Shown: piece after piece, positions 51,040 through 59,293 of the stretch
Position numbering within the stretch: the stretch's first letter is position 1
Layout of the letters: every line of letters starts with the position of its first letter
Source of the DNA: Rubripirellula sp.
GTDB lineage: Bacteria; Planctomycetota; Planctomycetia; Pirellulales; Pirellulaceae
Assembly: GCA_965216875.1 (NCBI GenBank)
Contig: OZ244207.1
Span: 3,808,001-3,872,000, forward strand
Length of the DNA: 64,000 nucleotides
Reading direction: 5' to 3'
Notes under the pieces: model-generated
The model's database searches: none
What the model saw: only the letters and a program-made list of their open reading frames with translations
What the model was told of the DNA's origin: nothing
Position numbers and translations under genes: made by a program

Positions 51040-53337
51040 ATGTCCGATTCAAGAAAACTCGACCCGCAACTTAGCGGCCTGCTTCAATCGCTGCGGCAAC
51101 GGATCCGACGGTATATCGTCATCGATTCGTTGCTCGCGATCGCCGCGGTCGTGCTGGGAGCGTTTTGGATTGGTCTGGCACTGGACTACCTACCGGTACA
51201 AGTTGGCGGCACTGAAATGCCCCGACTTGCACGCACCCTTTTGCTGCTAGTCGTCGCCGTTGCGGTGATCTCCATCGCCATCACCATGCTCATGGGACGC
51301 TTGCATCGCAAATTGCCCGACGACAGTTTGGCCTTGCTGGTTGAACGCCAGCATCCACAGATTGGCGGAAGGCTGGTCACCGCGGTGCAACTGCAGGAGT
51401 CGGGCCGCGAAGGCGACAGCCATAGCGACGTAATGCTCAAACGCGTCCATGATCAGGCGGCCAAGGTGATCGATGAAGTTGACCCGAACAAGGTCTTTCG
51501 TTGGCAACCGCTGGTACGCAAAGGCATGATCGCTGGCCCACTGGCGTTTTGCGTCTTGGTGTTTGTTGTCATGAGTCCGAGCGCATTTGGTTTGGCACTC
51601 TCCCGTTTGACGCTTCTATCGGACCAACCCTGGCCGCGTCGTGCCGATCTGGAGATGGTTGGCGTTGAACTACCGATCGTGACCGCCGCCGAAGAAGAAA
51701 ACGCGGCCCCGCAACTCGTTGCTTTTGAAAACCAAGTGATGCGTTTGCCGCGGGGCAGCAACGGGACACTTCGCATTCGCGCCCGAGCTGACGGTGCCGA
51801 ACTGCCTGTGGTATGTACCGTTTACTATCGCACCGATGACGGCACACGAGGCCAGTCGAATATGCGGCGCGTCGGTCGTATCGTCGACGGCTATCAGTCC
51901 TTTGTGCTCGACGGCCCGCCGCTTGCGGACCTGAGCGAGTCGATGTTGTTAAGCGTGCGTGGGCTCGACGATCGACTCGATAACTTTCGCATCGAGGCGG
52001 TCGAGCCGCCGGCGATCACCTCGATGAATGTTCAAGTGCGCTACCCCGATTACCTGCGTTCTGAGGGCGCGACCGAATTCGACCTTCAAACCGACTACCA
52101 AGCTGGACTGCGTATTCGCGAAGGCAGTACGGTCAGTCTCGTTGGCACAAGCAGCCGCCAGCTTGGCGGAATCGACGTCCTCCTAAAAACAGACACGGGC
52201 AACGTCGACACCGTCCCGCTCACGCTCTCCGAAGACGGCACGCAGTTCGATCTGCCCATCGCTCAGTTCAATTCGGCAACCACCGTTCGCTTGGTTCCAC
52301 GGGACACCGATGGCATCTCGGCCCAAGCCGCCTACCGATACTTCCTTGGAGTCGTGTTGGACGAGCCGCCGCTGCTTGACGTTTCCCTTGATGGAATCGG
52401 CACGGCGGTCACGCCTGCGGTGCGGATTCCAATCAAAGCAAACGCGACGGATGACTACGGAGTCGAAAAGCTCGACCTGTTTGTGACCACCACCGACGAA
52501 CTCGGCGAAACGAGTTCAGCTGGTCTGGCACCGCCCATTGATCGCGATGGAAATGCCGAAGCCGTGATCGACCTCCGCGAAATGATCAATGCAAAGCGAT
52601 TTCCCGAAGTCATCCCCGGTGACGCGATCAGTTTGTTCGGCGAAGCCGCAGACGCTTACGACCTTGAAGGCAACCATCTCACTCGAAGCGAAGTCTATCG
52701 ATTGCAAGTGGTCACGCCGGAACAACTGCTGGCACTGCTGGAACGACGCGAATTGGCGCTGCGGGCTCGTTTGGAACAAACGGTGACGGAAACGCGCAAT
52801 CTTCGCGACACGCTCAACCTGCTGCGCCGCGGTTTTGAAGACGCCCCGAACTCGGAAGACCCTGCCGAGCAAACTCGAATCTTGCAGTTGCGTCGCCTGC
52901 GAGCTCAACAGAGTGGTTTGCAAGCTAACAAAACCTCCGAAGAACTGGCCGGGATCGCCGCCTCCCTCGACGACATTCTGCAGGAAATGATCAACAACCG
53001 GGTCGATTCGGTCGATCGGCGCGAGCGAATTGGCGCAGGTGTCCGCGATCCGCTTCGCAAGATTGTGGCGGAACCTTTGCAGGACCTGCGTGATCAAATT
53101 GCGGAAGTCGAAAAATCGATCGCCGAACCGCAAATTGCAGCGGAAAAAACGGTACTTGCCGTGGAATCGGCAGAGTACGTCTTGCTTCAATTGACCGCTG
53201 TCCTGGATAAAATGCTTGAATTGGAGAGCTACAATGAAATCCTGGACATGGTCCGCGAGCTGATTGAGGACCAACAGGGACTCCTTGACGACACAATCGA
53301 CAAGCGAAAGAACCGACTGCGAAACCTGTTCAAATAA
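51040..53337 (+). CDS. Membrane protein with Ig-like periplasmic region and coiled coil (DUF4175-like)
   Basis: Three TM helices, GRLVTAVQL, YPDY, ATDDYGV, C-terminal coiled coil. Confidence 0.82.
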   Translation: MSDSRKLDPQLSGLLQSLRQRIRRYIVIDSLLAIAAVVLGAFWIGLALDYLPVQVGGTEMPRLARTLLLLVVAVAVISIAITMLMGRLHRKLPDDSLALLVERQHPQIGGRLVTAVQLQESGREGDSHSDVMLKRVHDQAAKVIDEVDPNKVFRWQPLVRKGMIAGPLAFCVLVFVVMSPSAFGLALSRLTLLSDQPWPRRADLEMVGVELPIVTAAEEENAAPQLVAFENQVMRLPRGSNGTLRIRARADGAELPVVCTVYYRTDDGTRGQSNMRRVGRIVDGYQSFVLDGPPLADLSESMLLSVRGLDDRLDNFRIEAVEPPAITSMNVQVRYPDYLRSEGATEFDLQTDYQAGLRIREGSTVSLVGTSSRQLGGIDVLLKTDTGNVDTVPLTLSEDGTQFDLPIAQFNSATTVRLVPRDTDGISAQAAYRYFLGVVLDEPPLLDVSLDGIGTAVTPAVRIPIKANATDDYGVEKLDLFVTTTDELGETSSAGLAPPIDRDGNAEAVIDLREMINAKRFPEVIPGDAISLFGEAADAYDLEGNHLTRSEVYRLQVVTPEQLLALLERRELALRARLEQTVTETRNLRDTLNLLRRGFEDAPNSEDPAEQTRILQLRRLRAQQSGLQANKTSEELAGIAASLDDILQEMINNRVDSVDRRERIGAGVRDPLRKIVAEPLQDLRDQIAEVEKSIAEPQIAAEKTVLAVESAEYVLLQLTAVLDKMLELESYNEILDMVRELIEDQQGLLDDTIDKRKNRLRNLFK

Positions 53338-53393
53338 AACCAGCGAGCCTCCCTCGCTCATCATCGACGGTGACTCCATTTATCGAGAGTGCC

Positions 53394-55262
53394 ATGAATA
53401 CCACTAGCGAATCCATGTTTTCGACGCTTCGAAGCGGTTGGGTGGTCACCGTTCTATCTGTCGCCTGCCTGGTTGTTGCCATCCCTCGCGTCTCGGCCGA
53501 AGACACGAGTTTGAAGGATCGCCAACAAAGTGTGGCCCAGCGCTACCAGCGACTCGAAGAATTGCTGCTGCGGCTAGCGGAAGTCGAAGCCTCCGAGAAT
53601 CCCGAACGCAGTGCCTTGCTTCGTCGTGCCGCCCGACAGTCACGCGAAAAGTTTGTCCTCAAAAAAATGCAGGACGCCAGCACTGCTCTCGAAAGCGAAG
53701 AACTGCAACAGGCGGTTGATAGCCAAACTGCTGCAACGAACGAATTGGCTGCGTTGTTGAAGTTGCTCCTCAGCGAAGATCGTTCCAAACGTATTCGGGA
53801 CGAGAAAGAACGCTTCCAAAAACTCGCCAAAGATCTCAAACGCACGCTGCGAGCCCAACAATCAACGCGTGCTCGAACTGAAAACGATGCCGACCTCGAC
53901 GAAGTAAAAGACGAACAGGAATCGATCGCGGATCGCTCCGAAGGGCTCGCCGATAGCCTTTCCGAGAATGAATCGTCACAAAACGAGCCAAGCGAATCGC
54001 CCGACTCGAAAGACAATCCCGAGGGCAATAAGTCGGACGACAAAGACGCCTCTGACAACCAATCCAATGACAACGAGGATCCGAACGAAAAGGATCCAAG
54101 CAAGAACGATCCCAACGAGAAAGAGCCTGGCAAGCAGGAATCGGGCGATCAAAAGTCGAACGAGCAGGAATCGGGCAAACAGGAATCGGGCGACCCTAAG
54201 TCGGGCGACCCCAAGTCTCAGGGAAAACAATCGCAATCGGGCGATTCACAAAAGCAAGAGTCACAGGACTCGCAGAAACAAAACCCGAATTCTCAGCAGC
54301 AATCGGGGCAACCGCAGTCTCCATCAGAAAGCCAACAAAGCCAGAGTCAAAGTCAGCAGAGCAAGAGCCAAAACCAGCAGTCACAAAACCAATCCAGCAA
54401 ATCACAAAACAACCAAGCCCAGAACGCGCCGCCTACACCCGAGCAACAAGTCGAAGAACAGTTGCGTCAGGCGATCAAAAAGATGCGCCAGGCGGAAGAA
54501 GAGCTGAAGAAGGCCGAGCGTGAAAAGGCGACCGAGAAACAACGCCAAGCAGAAGAGAACCTGCGAGCAGCCATCGATCGCCTTGAACGGATCCTGCGTC
54601 AATTGCGTGAAGAAGAGATGCAACGTGAACTCGCGAAACTCGAGACGCGTTTGCGAAAGATGGCGGCGATGCAATCGAACGTTCTTGATGACACCGTGGC
54701 CCTCGCAGCGACACCAACGGGACAACGCAATCGACAGACCGATCTAAAGGCGGGTGACCTTGCCTTTGAAGAAAAGAAGATCACCTTGGAAGCGGACCGC
54801 GCCATGCTGCTGTTGCGAGAAGAGGGCTCAAGCATCGCCTTTCCTGAAGTGATTTCCCAAATCCGCGACGACACTTTAAGTGTTGCCGAACGCTTGGGCG
54901 AAACCAAAATCGACTCCGTCACGCAAGGCATCCAGCGAGACATCCTCGCGGCGCTTGAAGAAATGATCGCGGCCACGCAACAAGCACAGCGAGATCTTGA
55001 GAAACGCCGCCAACAAAAGCAGGGATCGCCTCAAAAGCAGGGCGGCCAACAAGAGCAACCGCTTGTCGAACAAATCGCGGAATTAAAATTGATTCGCACC
55101 ATGGAAACGCGAATCAAATCAACCACCCAACGATACGCCTCGCTGATCGAAGCGGGCGAGCAAGATGCTTCCGAACTCCTACCACTGCTGCAGTCTCTCT
55201 CCGAGAGACAAAACCGTCTCTACAAAGTCACGCGAGACTTGGTGCTAAAACGCAATCAATAA
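53394..55262 (+). CDS. Exported coiled-coil protein with a central Q/S/E/K-rich disordered region
   Basis: Signal peptide; heptad helices flanking a ~160-aa low-complexity tract; start uncertain. Confidence 0.85.
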   Translation: MNTTSESMFSTLRSGWVVTVLSVACLVVAIPRVSAEDTSLKDRQQSVAQRYQRLEELLLRLAEVEASENPERSALLRRAARQSREKFVLKKMQDASTALESEELQQAVDSQTAATNELAALLKLLLSEDRSKRIRDEKERFQKLAKDLKRTLRAQQSTRARTENDADLDEVKDEQESIADRSEGLADSLSENESSQNEPSESPDSKDNPEGNKSDDKDASDNQSNDNEDPNEKDPSKNDPNEKEPGKQESGDQKSNEQESGKQESGDPKSGDPKSQGKQSQSGDSQKQESQDSQKQNPNSQQQSGQPQSPSESQQSQSQSQQSKSQNQQSQNQSSKSQNNQAQNAPPTPEQQVEEQLRQAIKKMRQAEEELKKAEREKATEKQRQAEENLRAAIDRLERILRQLREEEMQRELAKLETRLRKMAAMQSNVLDDTVALAATPTGQRNRQTDLKAGDLAFEEKKITLEADRAMLLLREEGSSIAFPEVISQIRDDTLSVAERLGETKIDSVTQGIQRDILAALEEMIAATQQAQRDLEKRRQQKQGSPQKQGGQQEQPLVEQIAELKLIRTMETRIKSTTQRYASLIEAGEQDASELLPLLQSLSERQNRLYKVTRDLVLKRNQ

Positions 55263-55277
55263 TTGCGAGAGGTCATT

Positions 55278-56342
55278 GTGTATCGAATCGCCATCATCAT
55301 TGTCAGCTTTGCGATCTTCCTTCCCGCATCGATCGCCAGATCTGACGAAGCGCTCCAGCGACAAGCAAGTTGGAATATCTTGGGATCCGACGAAATGTCG
55401 ACCATGCTGCGATCGGCACTGGACGAACTCGGAACGGCCCCACGCGACATGGATCGCATCAGTGACGACTTTCTTTCGGCCATCGAGAAAACGGACATCG
55501 ATCCGCTCGACGCCTATGTGCACACGATCCAACGACTCGTGCCCGTCGTCGAAGAACTCGTTAGCCACTCCGGAGACAACGTTGCTATCGCGGGTGCCAG
55601 CATTGATCCCAACACACCCGGCTACGGTGCCCTCGAGTCGCTTCCGAAATCAATGCGAATGTCAGTGCGAACTTGGCTGGGCCGCGAATTGATGAGAGCA
55701 AGGCTTTATGACGAAGCCCTTCCTGTGATTGCCGAAGTCGATCCCAGCGAATCGATCGATCCCGCCTCGGCGCTGTTCTACCGTGGTGCCTGCTACCACG
55801 CGCTGCTGATGAAAGACGAAGCGCTCAGCGACTTGCGAACATTGCTCGAGAACGAAGACGACTGCCCCGTCCGTTATGCCCGAACCGCCAAGATGATGGT
55901 TGCCGACATCAAGCCACTCAAAGAGGACTCGCTTGATGAGATCTCGCGACTGATGACCGATGTCACGCGACGTCTCGACCTTGGCCGCACCAACGAAGAT
56001 GTCACCGACCAAGAACAAAAAATCATCGACAAACTTTCGAAGATGATCGACAAGTTGCAGAAACAGCAACAACAGCAGCAGCAACAACAACAGCAGTCGG
56101 GCGGAAGCCAACAGGATTCCAATGACCCTAGCCAAGGCTCACCGATGGATGACAGCCGTATCGCTGGGGCCAATGGCAATGGTGATGTAGATCGGAAAAA
56201 CATCAAGCAACGTGATGGCTGGGGAAATCTGCCGCCAGCCGAGCGACAACAGGCCTTGCAGGAGATCAGTCGCGATCTTCCAACTCACTACCGCGAAGCA
56301 ATCGAAGCCTATTTCCGCAAGCTCGCGACCGATGGCCGATAG
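55278..56342 (+). CDS. Exported TPR-like protein with poly-Gln tract
   Basis: Signal peptide, RARLYDEAL..LFYRGACYHAL, Q11, WGNLPPAER..LPTHYREAIEAYFRKLA. Confidence 0.85.
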   Translation: MYRIAIIIVSFAIFLPASIARSDEALQRQASWNILGSDEMSTMLRSALDELGTAPRDMDRISDDFLSAIEKTDIDPLDAYVHTIQRLVPVVEELVSHSGDNVAIAGASIDPNTPGYGALESLPKSMRMSVRTWLGRELMRARLYDEALPVIAEVDPSESIDPASALFYRGACYHALLMKDEALSDLRTLLENEDDCPVRYARTAKMMVADIKPLKEDSLDEISRLMTDVTRRLDLGRTNEDVTDQEQKIIDKLSKMIDKLQKQQQQQQQQQQQSGGSQQDSNDPSQGSPMDDSRIAGANGNGDVDRKNIKQRDGWGNLPPAERQQALQEISRDLPTHYREAIEAYFRKLATDGR

Positions 56343-56354
56343 GTCTCGTCATTC

Positions 56355-56993
56355 ATGTCCACAACGATCACCACTCAATGCCAAGCGTGCTCTGCCACAC
56401 TGCAGCTCCCCGAGAGCGCAATTGGCAAACGTGCGAAATGTCCCAAGTGTGGCAGCGAGTTCACCGTTGACCGGCCTGCCGCAAACGTCAGCCAACTACC
56501 ACCGCCGCCACCGTCTCCCAACGCGGCACAAGCTTCAGTAACGCAGCAGCCACCTCCCCCTCCAAGCCAACCCATTGCACCGCAAACGGCGCCCTACGCG
56601 CCTCCGATGCCTGCAATCCAAACCGGTTCCGGTAGTGCGAAACGCCGACCCTCACTTTCTTTGATGACGATTCCGCTCTTCATCAGTGCCGGGATCTATT
56701 TGCTGATCGGCTTGGGCGTCGGCGGACTGGCTCTTTACATGCTCGCGGCGACCAACGATCCAGAGGCCTGGATTGTTTGTATTCCTCTGTTCGCGATGGC
56801 GCTGGTAAGCATCGCCTTGGCCGGGTTCATCTGGTACTTCACTTCGGAACTACCCCGCCGCAAGAAATGGGCGTGGATCGCCGCGATCATCATGGGCGCG
56901 ATGTACACGCCGTCGGCGTTCTTCTTTCTAGGCATTCCAATTTTGATCGGCGCATTCAAGTCCGATGTGATGGAATGGTACAACCGAAGTTAG
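56355..56993 (+). CDS. Zinc-ribbon, Pro-rich, multi-TM membrane protein
   Basis: CQAC..GKRAKCPKC, poly-Pro linker, 3-4 TM helices. Confidence 0.85.
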   Translation: MSTTITTQCQACSATLQLPESAIGKRAKCPKCGSEFTVDRPAANVSQLPPPPPSPNAAQASVTQQPPPPPSQPIAPQTAPYAPPMPAIQTGSGSAKRRPSLSLMTIPLFISAGIYLLIGLGVGGLALYMLAATNDPEAWIVCIPLFAMALVSIALAGFIWYFTSELPRRKKWAWIAAIIMGAMYTPSAFFFLGIPILIGAFKSDVMEWYNRS

Positions 56994-57022
56994 TTGCAAG
57001 AGAGTAGTGCTGCGCAGAGCAG

Positions 57023-57197
57023 CTTCTTGCGCAGTTTTGGCGGTGCCCGTGAGCCGCTGGACGTCAGGCCGCTGGACGTCAGGCCCTTGCCGACGCGCAG
57101 TTGCAGTGAAGGCGATGAATGCCCGGCCGCTTACGCGATCGCGGCTCATTTGTGTGAACCTGGGCAAGGATTCCTGCTGGTGGAAACGCAATTGCAA
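57023..57197. repeat. ~170-bp dispersed element, copy 2 (inverted)
   Basis: Reverse complement aligns to 36507-36673; internal 15-bp duplication at 57053-57082. Confidence 0.9.
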
Positions 57198-57206
57198 TCC
57201 GTAGCA

Positions 57207-57647
57207 CTAGCAGCCTGAGTAGACCGAAACGGTCACCGGGTGCCCTTGGCAGTTCACGGTCAACGAATCGACGGGTGCACTTCCGTTCGACGTGTCGATT
57301 TCACCCGCAGCGTCGACGTTGGGAATCGAGAGTTTTGACGGCCCAGGCAGGAAGCTCTTGATGCTTCCGCCCACCATGTTGGTCAACTCAGCGAGCGTGT
57401 CGACGACATCGCTCTTGCCAACTTCACCGGGACTCATCATGAGCATGCGACTGGCTGCGTCGGTTGCAAAACCCTCGGTCGTGTCCAAATGCACGCGACC
57501 TTCCCACTCACCATTGATCTGAACACAGCCACGATAGTCGGCATCGGCCGCAGCCTGTACCGAAACATCGACCGGCTGCGCATCGATCTGCAGCATCATC
57601 GAGAAGATCTCATCGACGACGCCGAGAAGTTTTTCGTTTCCTAGCAT
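57207..57647 (-). CDS. cheX: Chemotaxis phosphatase CheX-family protein
   Basis: VQINGEWEG, DTLAELTNMVGGSIK (ExxN), LSIP. Confidence 0.88.
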   Translation of the reverse strand: MLGNEKLLGVVDEIFSMMLQIDAQPVDVSVQAAADADYRGCVQINGEWEGRVHLDTTEGFATDAASRMLMMSPGEVGKSDVVDTLAELTNMVGGSIKSFLPGPSKLSIPNVDAAGEIDTSNGSAPVDSLTVNCQGHPVTVSVYSGC

Positions 57648-57713
57648 TCAGCCCGCCCCCAGATGTCAGCTGCATGTGGTGTGTCAGTGAAGGTTTTACG
57701 AACGCCCTGAAAC

Positions 57714-58265
57714 CTATTGTGTGCTCAATGCTTCGGAAGCGTAGCGAGCAATCAAGTCATCGGCTGCCGGAGCCTCGGCGACTTCTTCCTTCGACTCGGA
57801 AGCGGAATCGGGAAGCTCCATCGCAATCTTCATTGCAACTTTGCCCCAGTCACACTCGAAACAAAGACAGACTTCGTCCATCGCCCCGTACGATTGCACG
57901 CGGCTGCCAATCACCACCGATGGCAAGGCCAAAACGAGTCCCGTACGTTGCAAGCCCGCCTTGGCGGTTCCCGAAACGATGTTGGTCAGCTCGGCGACCG
58001 TATCGAGCACATCCGATTCAAGAGTCTCGTAGGGCATTCCCGTAAGTGCCTCGGTCGCCTTCAAGGCAACATTGGGCTCAAGAATGATGACCATCGTCCC
58101 GGAACCAGATCCGGTGTACCCGATCGTTCCGAACACACGCTCGGTCTCGCACCAAAACGTGTCATCAGAGGGAAATTCATCGGCAACACGAATCGGACAG
58201 CCTAAGAGCTTGTCAAATGTGTCCGTTACCGACTCTTGGAATACTAGCGTATCGTTCGAGTTCAT
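57714..58265 (-). CDS. cheX: Chemotaxis phosphatase CheX-family protein
   Basis: GTIGYTGSGSG, DTVAELTNIVSGTAK, LALPSVVIG. Confidence 0.9.
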   Translation of the reverse strand: MNSNDTLVFQESVTDTFDKLLGCPIRVADEFPSDDTFWCETERVFGTIGYTGSGSGTMVIILEPNVALKATEALTGMPYETLESDVLDTVAELTNIVSGTAKAGLQRTGLVLALPSVVIGSRVQSYGAMDEVCLCFECDWGKVAMKIAMELPDSASESKEEVAEAPAADDLIARYASEALSTQ

Positions 58266-58452
58266 CTAAGCGGCTTTTATGTGTGAGTTTGGCTGTTGTT
58301 GTTCAAGGTGCGTGGGAAACCGTCGGCACCTCGTTATCGCTGCCATTCGCCCGTTGGCGCAGGAACATCGTCGCAACACTCGTGGTCACGCATGTCTGCC
58401 TGCTGCAGCGTGTTTGTCGTTGATCATTTCGCGCAACGCGTTGCGCGCTGGA

Positions 58453-58824
58453 TCAAGTTGCACAGGGCAAGTGCTTGAGAATCTTGTCCCGCAGCACGTC
58501 GTTATCAAACGGCTTGGTCAAGTAGTCAGTGACCCCTGCTTGGATGGCTTCCACAACCCGCTCCTTCTCAGATTCGGTCGTCACCAGAACCACTGGAAGC
58601 GTCGCGCCAGAGCCACGAATCAATTTCAAGAATTCGAGACCCGACATGTTTGGCATGTTCCAGTCGGTCAGGACGAGGTCGAATTCGCCTCGTTGAAAGA
58701 TTTCCCAAGCTTCATCACCGTCGCCCGCTTCTGTGACTTCAGTTACGCCGATCGCATTCAACGAACGAAGAATGATCTTGCGCATTACGCCGGAATCGTC
58801 AACTAACAGTACTTTGCTGCTCAT
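58453..58824 (-). CDS. cheY: CheY-like single-domain response regulator
   Basis: LLVDDS, LTDWNMPNMSG, VTTE, YLTKPF. Confidence 0.92.
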   Translation of the reverse strand: MSSKVLLVDDSGVMRKIILRSLNAIGVTEVTEAGDGDEAWEIFQRGEFDLVLTDWNMPNMSGLEFLKLIRGSGATLPVVLVTTESEKERVVEAIQAGVTDYLTKPFDNDVLRDKILKHLPCAT

Positions 58825-59293
58825 CAGAGTCTGCCCTATTTCCTTTTCTTTCGTGCGAGCTATGAACTCACACACCACGCGATCTGTCAAAACGGCGTCT
58901 GCATACAGACAGACATCCGAGGACACCAAAGATGTAGCTTGTAAAAAGATGAGGTCTAAGAAAAACATGCTCATTTTGAGCGTCGGTGTGTTTTGCGAAA
59001 CATTCCACCCGATAGAGTGCCGGCTATAGCAGTCGTAGCAACCTCGATCGTTTTCGCGAACACAGTGTGACGGTCGTGCGGGAAACAACAGTTACGCATT
59101 GCGCACCACCGAGGCAAAAGAGCACGCCCCACTTCCAATCACCGATCACGCATGCTCAAAAAACTCACCCAATCGAAAAAGAATCTCCTTGCATGTTTTT
59201 GTGTGTTAAGTTTTGACGATCGCGAAATCCTAAACGAACGCGACGCTAAAAACGCCATCAATGGCGTGCACAATACACCTCGGGGGCAATACG

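Noticed and set aside
58825..59293. c-di-GMP riboswitch or sigma28 promoter in the cheY-cheA divergent gap
   Set aside because: No convincing GEMM core and no TAAA-N15-GCCGATAA match found by eye
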